The notes: generated from the sequence alone by a model not told the origin. Shown: positions 9,431 through 20,446, counted from the stretch's first letter. The stretch is DNA of 64,000 bases from Gemmatimonadota bacterium (GCA_020348925.1 CP070758.1:4773775-4837774); one strand, 5' to 3'. Translations and numbers: made by a program.

Positions 9431-12359
9431 ATGAAGATGAGAAATAGAATGGAGCTCCAAGACAATCAACACATGGGTAGATCTTTAAGGTTGTTTTTCT
9501 ACATTTGTCGGCCAGTGGCTGTAAAACTCGTTGCAACTCTGATTGCGGTCCTGGCCTTGTTTAGCGTTGCGACCTCAGCCCAGGCAGCGATTACGTACCG
9601 GGATAAAGACTCCCTCTGGTCTGACAGCGCCAACACACTGTCCCTGCCGATGCCTACCGGGACGGTCGAAGGCGATCTGATGATCGCCACCGTGACCCAC
9701 GACGTTGGCAGCACCACCCTCAGTGCGCCAGCCGGCTGGACCCTCATCCAGCCTGCTTCACCTGGAACCGAGGAATGCCGTACGCGTTCATGGTATAGGG
9801 TGGCTCAGTCCGGCGAGTCTGGTCCATATGAGTTCAACTCCGACGCTACCAATTCTATGTTGGCACAAATCGTGACTTTCTATGAATCGACGGATGTTAA
9901 TGTAGATGGTTGGACGCTTGAAGACTCTTCGTACAAGTATCAGGAAGGTTCCAACTCCATAACCTCGACCAGCGTCACCGGTGTCGCCAACAGCCTATTG
10001 TATCTCGCTGAAGCCGAGGATGACAACGTAGACGTCCTTACTGCTCCCAGCGGTATGACGATGCTTTATGAGGAAAAATCAGGGGGCAATGCTCTGGCCA
10101 CCTACTATGAATTCCGAGGTGCGGGCGGGGTCACCAAGGACATTACTTGGGATGATAGCGCCGACGAATTGGCAGCCATTGCCGCAATCTTCAGCTGGTC
10201 CGCAGCGATATTTTATTCTGTCGGTACAGATACCTCACCGCTGTATCAGGGGGATGCATCGGCCTCAAGCGGGACGCTTACACTGGAGGGAGGCCCGGCA
10301 GCAGATAAGATCGGTGTGGGTGATGAGGTACAGGTAGGGTCATATCGCTACTACATCACCAGGCGGAATTCATCCACGGAGTTTCGCATTCAAGATTCTG
10401 CGGCCAGTGGCGGCACACCGGGTGACACCAACATTACGTTTGGCACCACCAGCATCGAGATTTACCGGGCCTTCAACTCTTTAGACAGTGCGGCATCAAA
10501 TTCAAACGACGGCAGTCACCTGAATACCGACGATCTGGTAACCGGAAAATTTCAGCTCAACTGGCCCTGCTACAAAGATGGTCCGGATACCCCAAATGAC
10601 TGGGTTGACATTGAGGAGCCCTGGGTCACGGGACCTAATAACTACATTAGAGTCTACACACCCACGGATGAAAGTGAGGTGGGAGAATCCCAGAGACATG
10701 ACGGGACAGCCGGTACGGGGTATCGACTCGCTCCCTCGGACAGTTCTGGTGGCTACTTTAACATTCTCTTTATTAGTACGGACAATGGCTATGTTCGCAT
10801 TGACGGCATCGAAATCAGTGGCGAAAACATCACAAATGGAGAGAATATCCGGGGAATTCTGGTAAACGAAGGCCCAGCTTCGCAAGACGTTCGAATCACC
10901 AATAATTTAGTCTACGGCCTTACCAATGACACGACTGTAAGTTCCAAAGTTCGTGGGATATACGTGGATGACACAGATAATAGCAAAGTGTTCAATAACG
11001 TTATCTATAACATCACCAATACGACCACAGACGCCGACAGTGAGGTCATTGGGATCGAGAGTGGCACAGTCGGAACAACGCAATATATCTATAATAACAC
11101 GATTTACAATATCAAACATACCGGTACTGGAGGCGGCGGCGATGCATACGGGGTTTATGATAGTGCCGGAAGTACAATAGATGCCAAAAACAACTTTGTG
11201 GGATCGGTGGATAGTACCCCTGGCAGTGAAGCGTGTTTTAGTGGAACTTTTTCTGCTGAAAACTACAACATCTCCTCTGACACTTCCGTCACTGGCCCGG
11301 ATTCTATGGCCAGCCGTACAGCAACCGACAGCTCTAATCCCGGAACCGGCGATTGGGTGGTTTTCAAAGACATAAGCACGGGATGGGATTTTCACCTCAA
11401 GGGTATTGGGGAGAATGATGCCCTCGATAAGGGAACGGATCTTTCGACCTCCGTTACGGGTGACATCGACGGAGACAGCCGGCCATACGGTTCGGGGTGG
11501 GATATCGGCGCTGATGAACAGACACCAACCACCCACTACCGCTCCGTGGGGACAGACGCCCCGCCGCTCTACAACCAGGGCAAAGCCTGGATAGATGATG
11601 GTGTCAACAGCACCGACAAGAGTACGGTGGTCTTCACTGGTGGGGCGAGCCTTCCCGGGCCCACGGCCATTGGCGCGGTAGGCACGGGCGATAAGCTCAC
11701 GATCGGCGGCGAGACTTTATACATCCTCTCTCGAGAGTCGGCCACCCAGGTCACCCTCCAATCCCCGGCCCAGAACACTTACTCGGATGCCACGTACCAG
11801 ATCGATCGGGCCTACGATGACATCACGGCATGGGAAACAGCCCGGCAGGGCGACCTTGCAGCGAACAACACGATTGAGGTGGCGGTCTGCTACAAGGACG
11901 GCCCGATAGATCAGGACGTAGAAATTGTAATTCTTGGTTGGACGACAGGGCCGAACAACTACATCAGAATCTGGGTGCCATCCGGCCAGCGGCATGACGG
12001 AACGGCGGACAGTGGTAGCGGCACGGATGGATTTGTCCTGAGGCCGAACTATACGGGCGGCGGACTCAACCTTTTTGAAATCAACGAAGAGTACGTTCGC
12101 ATCGAAGGGATTGAACTCGACGGTTCCGATGTAGATGCACCTCAAATTTATGGCTTTTATGTAGACAGTATAGACGATGTGAACAGCGACGTCCGGTTCG
12201 ATAAGATGCTTGTCCATGACATTGAAAAGAATACGACAGATAATCAATATACGACCCGCGGAATCTACTTTTCCGATGGGACGGGTCGGGTAACGAACTC
12301 AATCGTCTATAATATTACGAGCGAAAACCCCGATGTTGACGCGGCCGTCGAAGGAATCA
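9431..12359 (+). CDS. Large secreted protein with duplicated parallel beta-helix module (3' partial)
   Basis: Long ORF; signal-like LIAVLALFSVATSAQA; NNLVY/NNVIY/NNTIY beta-helix rungs; internal duplication (SVGTD..PLY.., CYKDGP, W.TGPNNYIR, QRHDGTA, YVRI.GIE..G); DIDGDSRP...WDIGADE. Start chosen at ATG 9431 after GAGGGG. Confidence 0.85.
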
Positions 12360-12459
12360 NNNNNNNNNNNNNNNNNNNNNNNNNNNNNNNNNNNNNNNNN
12401 NNNNNNNNNNNNNNNNNNNNNNNNNNNNNNNNNNNNNNNNNNNNNNNNNNNNNNNNNNN
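12360..12459. other. 100-N spacer (contig join)
   Basis: Exactly 100 N. Confidence 0.97.
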
Positions 12460-13107
12460 AACAATCACTCATTTTTTTTGGAAGGAAGCGAAGGGGATCT
12501 CAGGGAAGCTTTCGGGATAATGAGGGGGGAAGATATATTGCCCGGCATCATTCCTGAGTGGAACGACTGGATGGAGCATTCAGTGCCGTGGACTCTGAAA
12601 AAGAATCAGGACTATATCAGCCAGAGGACGGAGACGGGGAGGAGGATTGAAAAGGAGCTGGATGAGAGCGGGAGCGCCGGGTCCACCTGGTCCAATGATG
12701 TGAAGAAAGGATACAAAAAGCGACGCGATGTCTTGAAGGACGTTTTCCAGGAGGCATATCGGTTTTTAATGAACCTGGAGCAGCTCCACGACCGGGACCC
12801 CCGGTTCCACATCGGGACGGACAGAAATCTTCAGATGTATTTCGAAGATACATTTCTGTTCTATCTGAAAATTGTAGACCGGAAATCCACAGGACCACAC
12901 CTGATATTTTCACCCCAGTTCCACGGCCGGCTCAAAGAAGGAACCCATCCCTCCCCGGCCCTCTTCTTCAGTCAAATCAGCAGACAACGGGAGATATTCG
13001 ACACGAAATCACGAGGCAGCTCAAAAAGCGATTCGATTACAGTCAAGCCGAAGGATGGGGAGGCTTTTTTCAAGCAGGCGAGTAGGATTTTGGAATCACT
13101 GAGATAA
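12460..13107 (+). CDS. Hypothetical protein (5' partial)
   Basis: Frame open from the contig start to TAA 13107; no recognised motif. Confidence 0.6.
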   Translation, partial: NNHSFFLEGSEGDLREAFGIMRGEDILPGIIPEWNDWMEHSVPWTLKKNQDYISQRTETGRRIEKELDESGSAGSTWSNDVKKGYKKRRDVLKDVFQEAYRFLMNLEQLHDRDPRFHIGTDRNLQMYFEDTFLFYLKIVDRKSTGPHLIFSPQFHGRLKEGTHPSPALFFSQISRQREIFDTKSRGSSKSDSITVKPKDGEAFFKQASRILESLR

Positions 13108-13342
13108 GAATAATTTTATTTCGAGGGTTCGACCCTCAGCAATTTTTAAGTTTTGGATATCCGAAGATTAAAGATTAAAGATGCGACCCCAGCATGCCCA
13201 AAAAGTCCAATATTTTGTGCACGAGATAGATTTCATGAACAACGATTGTGCATGAGGCGGAGAAGGTACACAAAATTTTCGATATTCTGTGCACGAACTA
13301 CATTTTATGCATAGCCAGTGTGTACATTTTCTATAAAAGCTT

Positions 13343-13390
13343 ATCTTAAGGGAATGGTGGTGCAGAACGTGATTTAAAATATCATAATTT
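13343..13390 (+). repeat. 48-bp direct repeat, copy 1
   Basis: atcttaagggaatggtggtgcagaacgtgatttaaaatatcataattt; 43/48 identical to 15084..15131. Confidence 0.85.
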
Positions 13391-13530
13391 GAGCGATGAT
13401 TTAATATTGCGGTGACGATCGGTGTCATGTCAGGTAAAATCCAATTGAGTGAAAGAAGGTGATACAATCACAATGATCAACTTGCAGTTCAATTTGATGT
13501 TGTATGTACCAAACTTCTTAGGAGGAACAC

Positions 13531-13698
13531 ATGCCAAAAGAAATGGACGATGCAGCAAACGAAGCTTCCGAAGAACTTGAAACTATCAAAGAAGAGCATC
13601 CTGATGGTGTCAAAGCTGTTGAAGAGTGGACGAAAAGATGGGTTAAAACAGCCGGTTACAAGCGCCTTGCTAAGATCCTCGCAGGCAGGTGGGGCTGA
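13531..13698 (+). CDS. Small 55-aa hypothetical protein
   Basis: RBS AGGAGG, MPKEMDDAANEASEELETIKEEHPDGVKAVEEWTKRWVKTAGYKRLAKILAGRWG*; shorter than any ORF in the track. Confidence 0.75.
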   Translation: MPKEMDDAANEASEELETIKEEHPDGVKAVEEWTKRWVKTAGYKRLAKILAGRWG

Positions 13699-14041
13699 GC
13701 AGTCAGTTTAGGGTCAGACATTAGAAAAGGATACAAGCGGGTCAAAAGTCTAAAAGTCTCCTATGAGCAGAGGGGCAGAGGAGCAAAGGTGTAATCGCCC
13801 TGAAACATGAGTTGTTGGAACATCCAGCGAGCGGAGAGTCGTTTATTCCGCGGTTTGAATCCCCGAGATTCGGGAATGAGTTTGGAAAAAAACAGCGCAG
13901 TGAGCCGATGACGGTCCCGGCGAATGTTTATTGGGCTGTTCTTTCTTTTGCTTCGTTTTCTTGAGACAAGTAAAGAAAATGAAGGTTTATGAGAAAAAAG
14001 TCAAAAGAGGATAGACCGCTTTTGAAAAGTGGTTGCATCAA

Positions 14042-14112
14042 TCCCCCTCTATCCCCCTTTTTGGGAAAGGGGGAGGTTAACAACCCCTGTTTCCTCCTTT
14101 CATAAGGGGGAC
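14042..14112. repeat. Tandem REP-like hairpins (CCCCT..CCCCTTT...AAAGGGGGA type)
   Basis: tccccctctatccccctttttgggaaagggggag and cccctgtttcctcctttcataaggggga; related copies at 15192-15282 and, inverted, at ~23010-23042. Confidence 0.6.
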
Positions 14113-14184
14113 ATTGTAAAATGCAAAATGAGCAATGAGCATTTCAAATTGGGGATTAGGCCCTGAGAAATAGGAGAGAATGCT

Positions 14185-15063
14185 ATGAAACTGGTAGACA
14201 TGTGGCATTCGAGTCACAGACCGACAGTCTCGGTCGAACTGTTCCCCGCCAGGTCCGAGAAAGCGGCTGAGAATCTTGAGAAAGTTATCGATACGTTGGC
14301 TGCCCTGAAACCAGATTTCGTCTCTGTTACCTTCGGGGCTGGCGGCTCCACACGCGAAGGTTCGCACCAACTTATAGAAAAACTGAAAAACGACAAGGGC
14401 TTGGAGGTACTCGCCTATTTCGCCTGCTACGGACTGGGGCCGGAGGACATTACTGCTGTTCTGGACACCTATCGTGCGATTGGGATTGAGACTATTCTGA
14501 CTGTGCGCGGAGATCCGCCCCAGGAGGAGGAATTCAAGCCGCACCCGGACAGTTTGTCCTATGCTTCCGATCTCGTGTCGTTCATCCGACCACGATACGA
14601 CTTCTGTATGGGGGTAGCAGGTTATCCCGAGGGGCATATCGATGCTCCGAGCAAGGAGAAAGACATCGCGTACCTAAAACTGAAGGTGGACCAGGGGGCG
14701 GAATACATCATCAGCAATTACTTTTACGACAATCGATATTTCTTCGACTTCGTTGAACGCTGTCGGGCCGCTGGTATAAGCGTCCCGATCCTGCCCGGGG
14801 TGATGCCGATCTTCAGTGTCAAGATGATGGAGACGTTAGCAGGTTTGTGTGGGGCGACCATCACCGATGAAGTGCGTCGTGGAATCGCCGCTCTGGCTGA
14901 AGGTGACAAAGAAGCACTCGTGGCTTTTGGGATCGAGTATGCGCTCCGCCAATGCAGAGAATTACTTCAAGCAGGCGTGCCGGGGTTGCACATTTACACC
15001 ATGGACCGTAGCAAATCCGCGGTGGGGATAGTCAATAGCCTGCGAAGTGAAGGACTGTTGTGA
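14185..15063 (+). CDS. metF: 5,10-methylenetetrahydrofolate reductase
   Basis: SVELFPAR, PDFVSVTFGAGGSTR, VRGDPP, VAGYPEGH, KLKVDQGA, PGLHIYTMD motifs; RBS AGGAG. Confidence 0.93.
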   Translation: MKLVDMWHSSHRPTVSVELFPARSEKAAENLEKVIDTLAALKPDFVSVTFGAGGSTREGSHQLIEKLKNDKGLEVLAYFACYGLGPEDITAVLDTYRAIGIETILTVRGDPPQEEEFKPHPDSLSYASDLVSFIRPRYDFCMGVAGYPEGHIDAPSKEKDIAYLKLKVDQGAEYIISNYFYDNRYFFDFVERCRAAGISVPILPGVMPIFSVKMMETLAGLCGATITDEVRRGIAALAEGDKEALVAFGIEYALRQCRELLQAGVPGLHIYTMDRSKSAVGIVNSLRSEGLL

Positions 15064-15083
15064 TCTAAGAGTCGAAAAATAAA

Positions 15084-15131
15084 ATCTTAAGGGAATGGTG
15101 TTGCAGGAAGTGACTTAAAATATCGTAATTT
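15084..15131 (+). repeat. 48-bp direct repeat, copy 2
   Basis: atcttaagggaatggtgttgcaggaagtgacttaaaatatcgtaattt, 20 nt after the metF stop. Confidence 0.85.
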
Positions 15132-15458
15132 AGAAGAAAAAGTTATCAGGAACCTTTTTCCGTGGAGAAGTGGGAACAACTCTTTTTCCAATCCCTCTCA
15201 TTCTTCCTTTGGGAAAGGGAGAAGTCAGCGGAAGGGATTTTTTTGTTTACACCACTCTCAGTCTCCCCTTGATAGGAGAGACTATACCGAGAGGGTTAAT
15301 CCTCAAATTTTAAGTATTGATTTTAAAAGATCGATCCTCATCGAATGAAGAGGGACGGGAGATAGAGATCCGGAGAAAAAAGACAGGAAACTGAAAACCG
15401 TAGATAGGGCAGTGGGTAAGGGGGTAGAGGTGCTTCGTTGCGAGGGAGAGGAAACGCT

Positions 15459-16229
15459 TTACACTTCCAGACCCTTTTTCAAGAATAGAAATAGATTATG
15501 AAGGTGCTGTCTGCGCTCGTTACTTGAAATTCTTCTCTCTTCACGCAGGATTTCCTGGATCGGTTTTGCATACGCATCATCGATCAAGGAAAGAAAAGAC
15601 TTAACCAATGGAATTACTCTTTCGCTTCCATGTTGCCTAATATCTCGACCTATTAGAAATGCCCCAGAGGTCTCATACGTGATACCATCTGCTATTACAT
15701 CGAAACGCCTTGATTGTTCACCTGATTCTTCAACGTGCTCCAAAATATATAGGATATCAATGACATCGCGTCGATATCCTCTGTCAAGATACGCTCCCAT
15801 CTTCAAGACGACCGATAGCCAGAGGGGAATAGTTGGTATTTTGAATCCTGGAACGAGTTCCCGTTTTTCTGCGAATAAAAATACTTGATCAAATCCCCGC
15901 ACATCTATGCGCTTGCCAGAAACAGGCCACTCAATACAATTTCCGTCCAACAACTCCGCTCCATAGGGAAGAAGATCAATCACTGCATTGCCAAAAAAGA
16001 GTCGCTGTTCGACTTCATGTTCTCTTTTCTCAAATCCATGCTTCGCAAACACTTCTTTGATGCGTTCAAAATCATTCCAGTTCTTTACCCGAAGTACAAA
16101 GTCGGCATCCTTCGTTTCCCGAGTTCCCAGACTCGCTGAGTAAGAACTGTTAAGATCTATACATATTGCTGGAACCAGTGCTCCAATTAATAAACTAAGG
16201 GACACCCTTTGTAATCGATTACGATTCAT
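15459..16229 (-). CDS. AbiEii/AbiGii-like nucleotidyltransferase (type IV TA toxin-like)
   Basis: LLIGAL...RETKDADF (Pol-beta-type G..DxD), IDLLPYG, VLKMGAYLDR, RDVIDI, GAFLIGRDI. The N-terminus looks short. Confidence 0.75.
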   Translation of the reverse strand: MNRNRLQRVSLSLLIGALVPAICIDLNSSYSASLGTRETKDADFVLRVKNWNDFERIKEVFAKHGFEKREHEVEQRLFFGNAVIDLLPYGAELLDGNCIEWPVSGKRIDVRGFDQVFLFAEKRELVPGFKIPTIPLWLSVVLKMGAYLDRGYRRDVIDILYILEHVEESGEQSRRFDVIADGITYETSGAFLIGRDIRQHGSERVIPLVKSFLSLIDDAYAKPIQEILREERRISSNERRQHLHNLFLFLKKGLEV

Positions 16230-16455
16230 TTGATTGTGCGTTTCATAGTTCCTTTTTGGGAAAAAGGTGTTTATTAGGACCGAACTGGGAAGCAGAATTT
16301 GTTACGCTCCTAAATTTTCATTGGAGCAATAAGACAATAAGAATAAAACGGCAATACGCAATCGTGCAATACATTGCAAAGAGTGTCCCCTATGTCTATG
16401 TTCCGTTTCGCTCCTTTCAAACCACGCGCTCCCTATCACGCGGGGCAAAAATTCC

Positions 16456-16484
16456 TTGACCGGCTCAGGCAAAGCTGCTATTAT
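16456..16484 (+). promoter_or_regulatory. Sigma70-type promoter
   Basis: TTGACC-17 nt-TATTAT with extended -10 TG, ~330 nt upstream of the FG-GAP gene. Confidence 0.65.
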
Positions 16485-16814
16485 TAGCTGTCATGAACGA
16501 TGTCACGACGCGTCGATGAGGGAGACATGCCCTCGTCCACTTTCCCTTGAGGTACGTTTCTGGCGGGACAGACCCATATCTCACAGTGCTCAGGGGAGCT
16601 CTTGCAGGATGTATTCGGTGATCCTGTTCCGGGAACGCGGAATGAGGATGATGTCCGTCCGTGCGAGTGAACGAGGGGGAGACGTGACGTGCCTTGTTCG
16701 CTGTCGCATTTAGATGAACGGATTTATTCCGGCAACTCATCAGAATGTCACATCGTGGAGCAATTCTCATGGAAAACCTCACGGTTCAAAATCGTGTCGA
16801 TGAATGAGCGAAGG

Positions 16815-18689
16815 ATGAAGCGACGATTGTGGGCTCTTGCCACAGGAATGGTCGTATCAGGATTCGTTGCCTCCGCTTCACCTGCTCAGAGTGTGTACGA
16901 TCTCGATACGTGGAACGGGAACATTAGGATAATGGGGGATGATGCGTCCGACCGTTCGGGTTCCTCCGTATCGAGTGGGGACATCAACGGAGACGGGATC
17001 GGCGACATCATTATCGGGGCACATCAGGCGGATCCGGAAGGTGGTGCTGGTGCAGGTGAGGTCTATGTTATTTACGGGCGGATCGACGCTGCTGCGGAGT
17101 GCGTCATTGACCTCAACGCCGTCCCGGCCGATATCACGGTCTATGGAGATGATTCGTACGACCACTCCGGCTTTGCTGTGGTGAGCGGCGATATCAACGG
17201 GGACGGGGTGGATGACGTCATCTTTGGGGCCCACGGCTCGGCGCCGGCGGGGGGAGGTGATGCCGGCGAGGTCCACGTGATTTACGGGAGCGGGTCGTTT
17301 CCGGTCAACCACACCATCGACCTCAACGCAGGCTCGGCGGACATCAGCATATACGGCGACGATGTACTGGATCTCTGCGGCGAGTCGGTATGGAGTGGTG
17401 ACGTTAACGGAGATGGCGTCGACGACATTCTCATCGGAGCTGGGGGCTCGACACCAGCGCCTATGGCCGGCAAGGCCTACGCGGTTTATGGCAGCAGGTC
17501 ATTTCCGGACAACCACGTCATTGACCTAAACTCTGTCTCGGCCGATGTCTCGATATACGGCGCTGAATCAGGCGATCGGTTGGGGGCATCAGTGTCGGGC
17601 GGCGATGTGAACGGAGATGGCATAGACGATATGCTCATCGGAGCACCCCGGCCTGGTTTGCCGTGGCAAACCAGGAAGACTGGCAAGGTTTACGTGATCT
17701 ACGGCCGCACATCGTTTCCGGTCAATCATACCATCGAGCTCGGCTCAAGTGCAGCGGATATTACCCTGTCCGGCCGTGATGAAGGCGATTTCTTTGGCCA
17801 GTGGGTATCGTGTGGCGATATCAACGACGACGGGATCGATGATATCATCGCCGGGGCCCAGCTGGCAGATCCGGCCGGTGGCGATGATGCGGGTCAAACG
17901 TGTGTAGTGTATGGCAGCAGGTCATTTCCGGCAGACCATACTCTTGACCTGAGATCGCACACGGCGGATGTGACGGTGAACGGCGATGATGCGGGTGACT
18001 ACTCCGGTCACTCCGGGTCAGTTGGAGACATCAACGGCGATGGGATCGATGATATGATTATTGGGGCCTATGGTGCCAACACAGGGGCCGGCGACGATGT
18101 GGGTGAAACCTACGTCATCTATGGGAACAGGTTTTTCCCAATCAGCCATACCATTGACCTTGACTCCGTCCCTGCTGACGTGATCGTTTACGGGGATGAC
18201 GCCATGGATCGATCCGGTTGGGCTGTGTCCAGTGGCGACGTAAACGGAGACGGGTTGGACGATCTTCTCATCGGGGCATATTCGGCAAATCCAACGGGTG
18301 GTGTCGGGGCCGGTGAGACGTACGTCATTTACGGGGTCCATGATGTTTCGGTGGAAGAACATGAAGCCCCTCAGCCGACTCGGTTTGCCCTGTCTCAGAA
18401 TTTCCCCAATCCCTTCAACCTCAGCACCACCATACGGTACACCCTTCCGGAGGCAAAGCCCACGATGTACGATGCATACCAACGGTCTTCTCTCATCTCT
18501 CTGAAGATTTACAACCTGTTGGGCCAGATGGTGAGGACGCTGGTGGAAGAGATTCAGGAACCCGGCTCATACACCGTCACCTGGGATGGGAAGGATAACG
18601 AAGGGAGACAGGCACCCAGTGGCGTCTATTTCTATCACCTCTCAGCCACTGGTACCGTGGTCATGAAACGAATGGTGCTGACGAAATAA
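16815..18689 (+). CDS. Secreted FG-GAP (integrin-alpha-like) beta-propeller protein with FlgD/T9SS-like C-terminal domain
   Basis: Seven GD(I/V)NxDGxDDxxxGA...YVIYG repeats; signal peptide MKRRLWALATGMVVSGFVASASPA; C-terminal SQNFPNPFN...SGVYFY...KRMVLTK. Confidence 0.9.
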   Translation: MKRRLWALATGMVVSGFVASASPAQSVYDLDTWNGNIRIMGDDASDRSGSSVSSGDINGDGIGDIIIGAHQADPEGGAGAGEVYVIYGRIDAAAECVIDLNAVPADITVYGDDSYDHSGFAVVSGDINGDGVDDVIFGAHGSAPAGGGDAGEVHVIYGSGSFPVNHTIDLNAGSADISIYGDDVLDLCGESVWSGDVNGDGVDDILIGAGGSTPAPMAGKAYAVYGSRSFPDNHVIDLNSVSADVSIYGAESGDRLGASVSGGDVNGDGIDDMLIGAPRPGLPWQTRKTGKVYVIYGRTSFPVNHTIELGSSAADITLSGRDEGDFFGQWVSCGDINDDGIDDIIAGAQLADPAGGDDAGQTCVVYGSRSFPADHTLDLRSHTADVTVNGDDAGDYSGHSGSVGDINGDGIDDMIIGAYGANTGAGDDVGETYVIYGNRFFPISHTIDLDSVPADVIVYGDDAMDRSGWAVSSGDVNGDGLDDLLIGAYSANPTGGVGAGETYVIYGVHDVSVEEHEAPQPTRFALSQNFPNPFNLSTTIRYTLPEAKPTMYDAYQRSSLISLKIYNLLGQMVRTLVEEIQEPGSYTVTWDGKDNEGRQAPSGVYFYHLSATGTVVMKRMVLTK

Positions 18690-18854
18690 ACTGGATATGG
18701 AGAGTATGTGGGGTCGAGTCTCCATTTGACTCTGGGGTGAGAAATGTCGGAAGTCGAAAAATGAAAAAACCTCATAGGAGCAGAGGAGCTGGGGTTTAGA
18801 GGAGATAGTGTGTGGGAGTCAGCGTGTACGGGTGGATGTGAAAAGGGAAAAGAA

Positions 18855-19136
18855 CTATGATCTCATCAGAAAGAATACCAAAAAACCGAAAAGCGCGAGG
18901 ATACCAAGCAGTATACCGATCGCGATCTGGATCTTATTGTCTCCGCCAGCGTGTGCACCGAGAGCCTGGGAGAGAAAATCGCCGATGAGCATCGATTCCC
19001 CGTGCCCATCCCTGATGGTGATATTGTTTGTTTCGATATACTTGCGAAGATCATCACCGGCTCTCCTCCGCCCTGCGACCATACTTGTCGCAATACCTAC
19101 GGCGAATCCGGCTCCTATACCTGCACCAAAGTTCAT
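18855..19136 (-). CDS. Small membrane protein (93 aa)
   Basis: RBS GGAGGAGG, MNFGAGIGAGFAVGIATSMVAG Gly-zipper-like N-terminus, C-terminal TM helix. Confidence 0.7.
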   Translation of the reverse strand: MNFGAGIGAGFAVGIATSMVAGRRRAGDDLRKYIETNNITIRDGHGESMLIGDFLSQALGAHAGGDNKIQIAIGILLGILALFGFLVFFLMRS

Positions 19137-19582
19137 ATCCTCCTCCTTTCGTTTTGATCTAATATTTGAACGAGCTTTGTTAAATACGCTCTTTAGAGGG
19201 CAAGATATATGCGGAAGTTTCAGTGAAGGGAATATTACAAGTCGAAACGTTCTTCTGAACCATGACTTACAGGGTAAAGGTGGAGAGGAGAGACTCAAAA
19301 AGAAAGGGTTGTTGTTTTTCCTTGTTTTTTGTAAATTATTACAACTATGATTAAATACCAATGGGATGAAAAGAGAAGCAGAGCGGTAGTAAAAAGGACA
19401 AGCTGCTTTTGGGACGAGCAGGTCACATCCCTGGTGTTTGCTTTTCAAAGTCAAAAAGTCGAAGAGCCTAGCGGTTAAAAAATCAAAGAGTCGAATGGCT
19501 CAAGTGTTTGGCAATCACTTGTGAATGTCGGCTAATACTTACGCTTAAGGGCGGCTCATTTCGAAGATTGTTCTAAGAGCAG

Positions 19583-20140
19583 GTGAATATGAGTACTCAT
19601 ACTTTCGTCAAAAGATCACCCTGTGCAGTTTTACTATCTCTAATATTTCTCATCAACAGTTGCTATCTGTTTAAAACGAACCCTGCAGGTGATCCTCCAG
19701 AATTTCCGGAGCGGTCTGAAATTATGTCCCAGGGAGTCGTGGACTACGAATGGTCATTTTTTACATTGGACGGCGAAGAAAAAACATTGAAGGATTATGC
19801 GAATATAGTCATTTTTATGACCATTTGGGCAACCCGTTGTGAGGACTGTTTATCGGAGTTGCCAAGTATACAGACATTGTATGACTCAATGATGGGAGAG
19901 AATGTGGTTTTTATGCTTCTGTCGGATGAAGAGGAAGATTCGTTGATAGAATTTGTTGAGACCAATGGTTTGAACGTTCCGGTGTATACGTATAAGAATG
20001 AACTACCGGACGTATTAAAGGCAATTGAGACTCCTTCAACATACATCATTGATCGACACGGCTCGATTGTGTTTAAACACATCGGGGCGGCCAAGTGGGA
20101 CGGTCTGACGACTCGAAAATTTCTGCGTGAATTGCAATGA
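19583..20140 (+). CDS. TlpA/ResA-family redoxin lipoprotein
   Basis: Lipobox LINSC, IWATRCEDCLSELPSIQ (CxxC), PSTYIID, HIGAAKWD. Confidence 0.85.
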   Translation: MNMSTHTFVKRSPCAVLLSLIFLINSCYLFKTNPAGDPPEFPERSEIMSQGVVDYEWSFFTLDGEEKTLKDYANIVIFMTIWATRCEDCLSELPSIQTLYDSMMGENVVFMLLSDEEEDSLIEFVETNGLNVPVYTYKNELPDVLKAIETPSTYIIDRHGSIVFKHIGAAKWDGLTTRKFLRELQ

Positions 20141-20346
20141 TATCGATAAGGTACCTCTGAAATCCAGCCTTTATATTAGGATTATTTCCCAATAATTTAA
20201 TCGTGTATGAGTTTACCTCGTCACCGTAATCGAACGACATTACTTGAAATGTAGATAAGTTAGTAATTATCAGAAGACAGTGCTGTCCGGTTGTTTGAGA
20301 TTGTGTTTCCAGTAAATACTTTCTCTGTAATTGGTTGAAGCAAAAT

Positions 20347-20446
20347 NNNNNNNNNNNNNNNNNNNNNNNNNNNNNNNNNNNNNNNNNNNNNNNNNNNNNN
20401 NNNNNNNNNNNNNNNNNNNNNNNNNNNNNNNNNNNNNNNNNNNNNN
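20347..20446. other. 100-N spacer (contig join)
   Basis: Exactly 100 N. Confidence 0.97.

Noticed and set aside
13741-19505. Degenerate 8-nt periodic runs (13741-13790, ~15360-15430, ~18775-18800, 19450-19505) and tgtgcac-like words at 13214-13328
   Set aside because: Short, degenerate low-complexity repeats without unique spacers; not CRISPR and no function supportable.
19583-20140. TlpA redoxin as part of the DUF6029/Omp28 operon or as a selenoprotein
   Set aside because: It is on a different contig and has an ordinary CEDC motif with no in-frame TGA.
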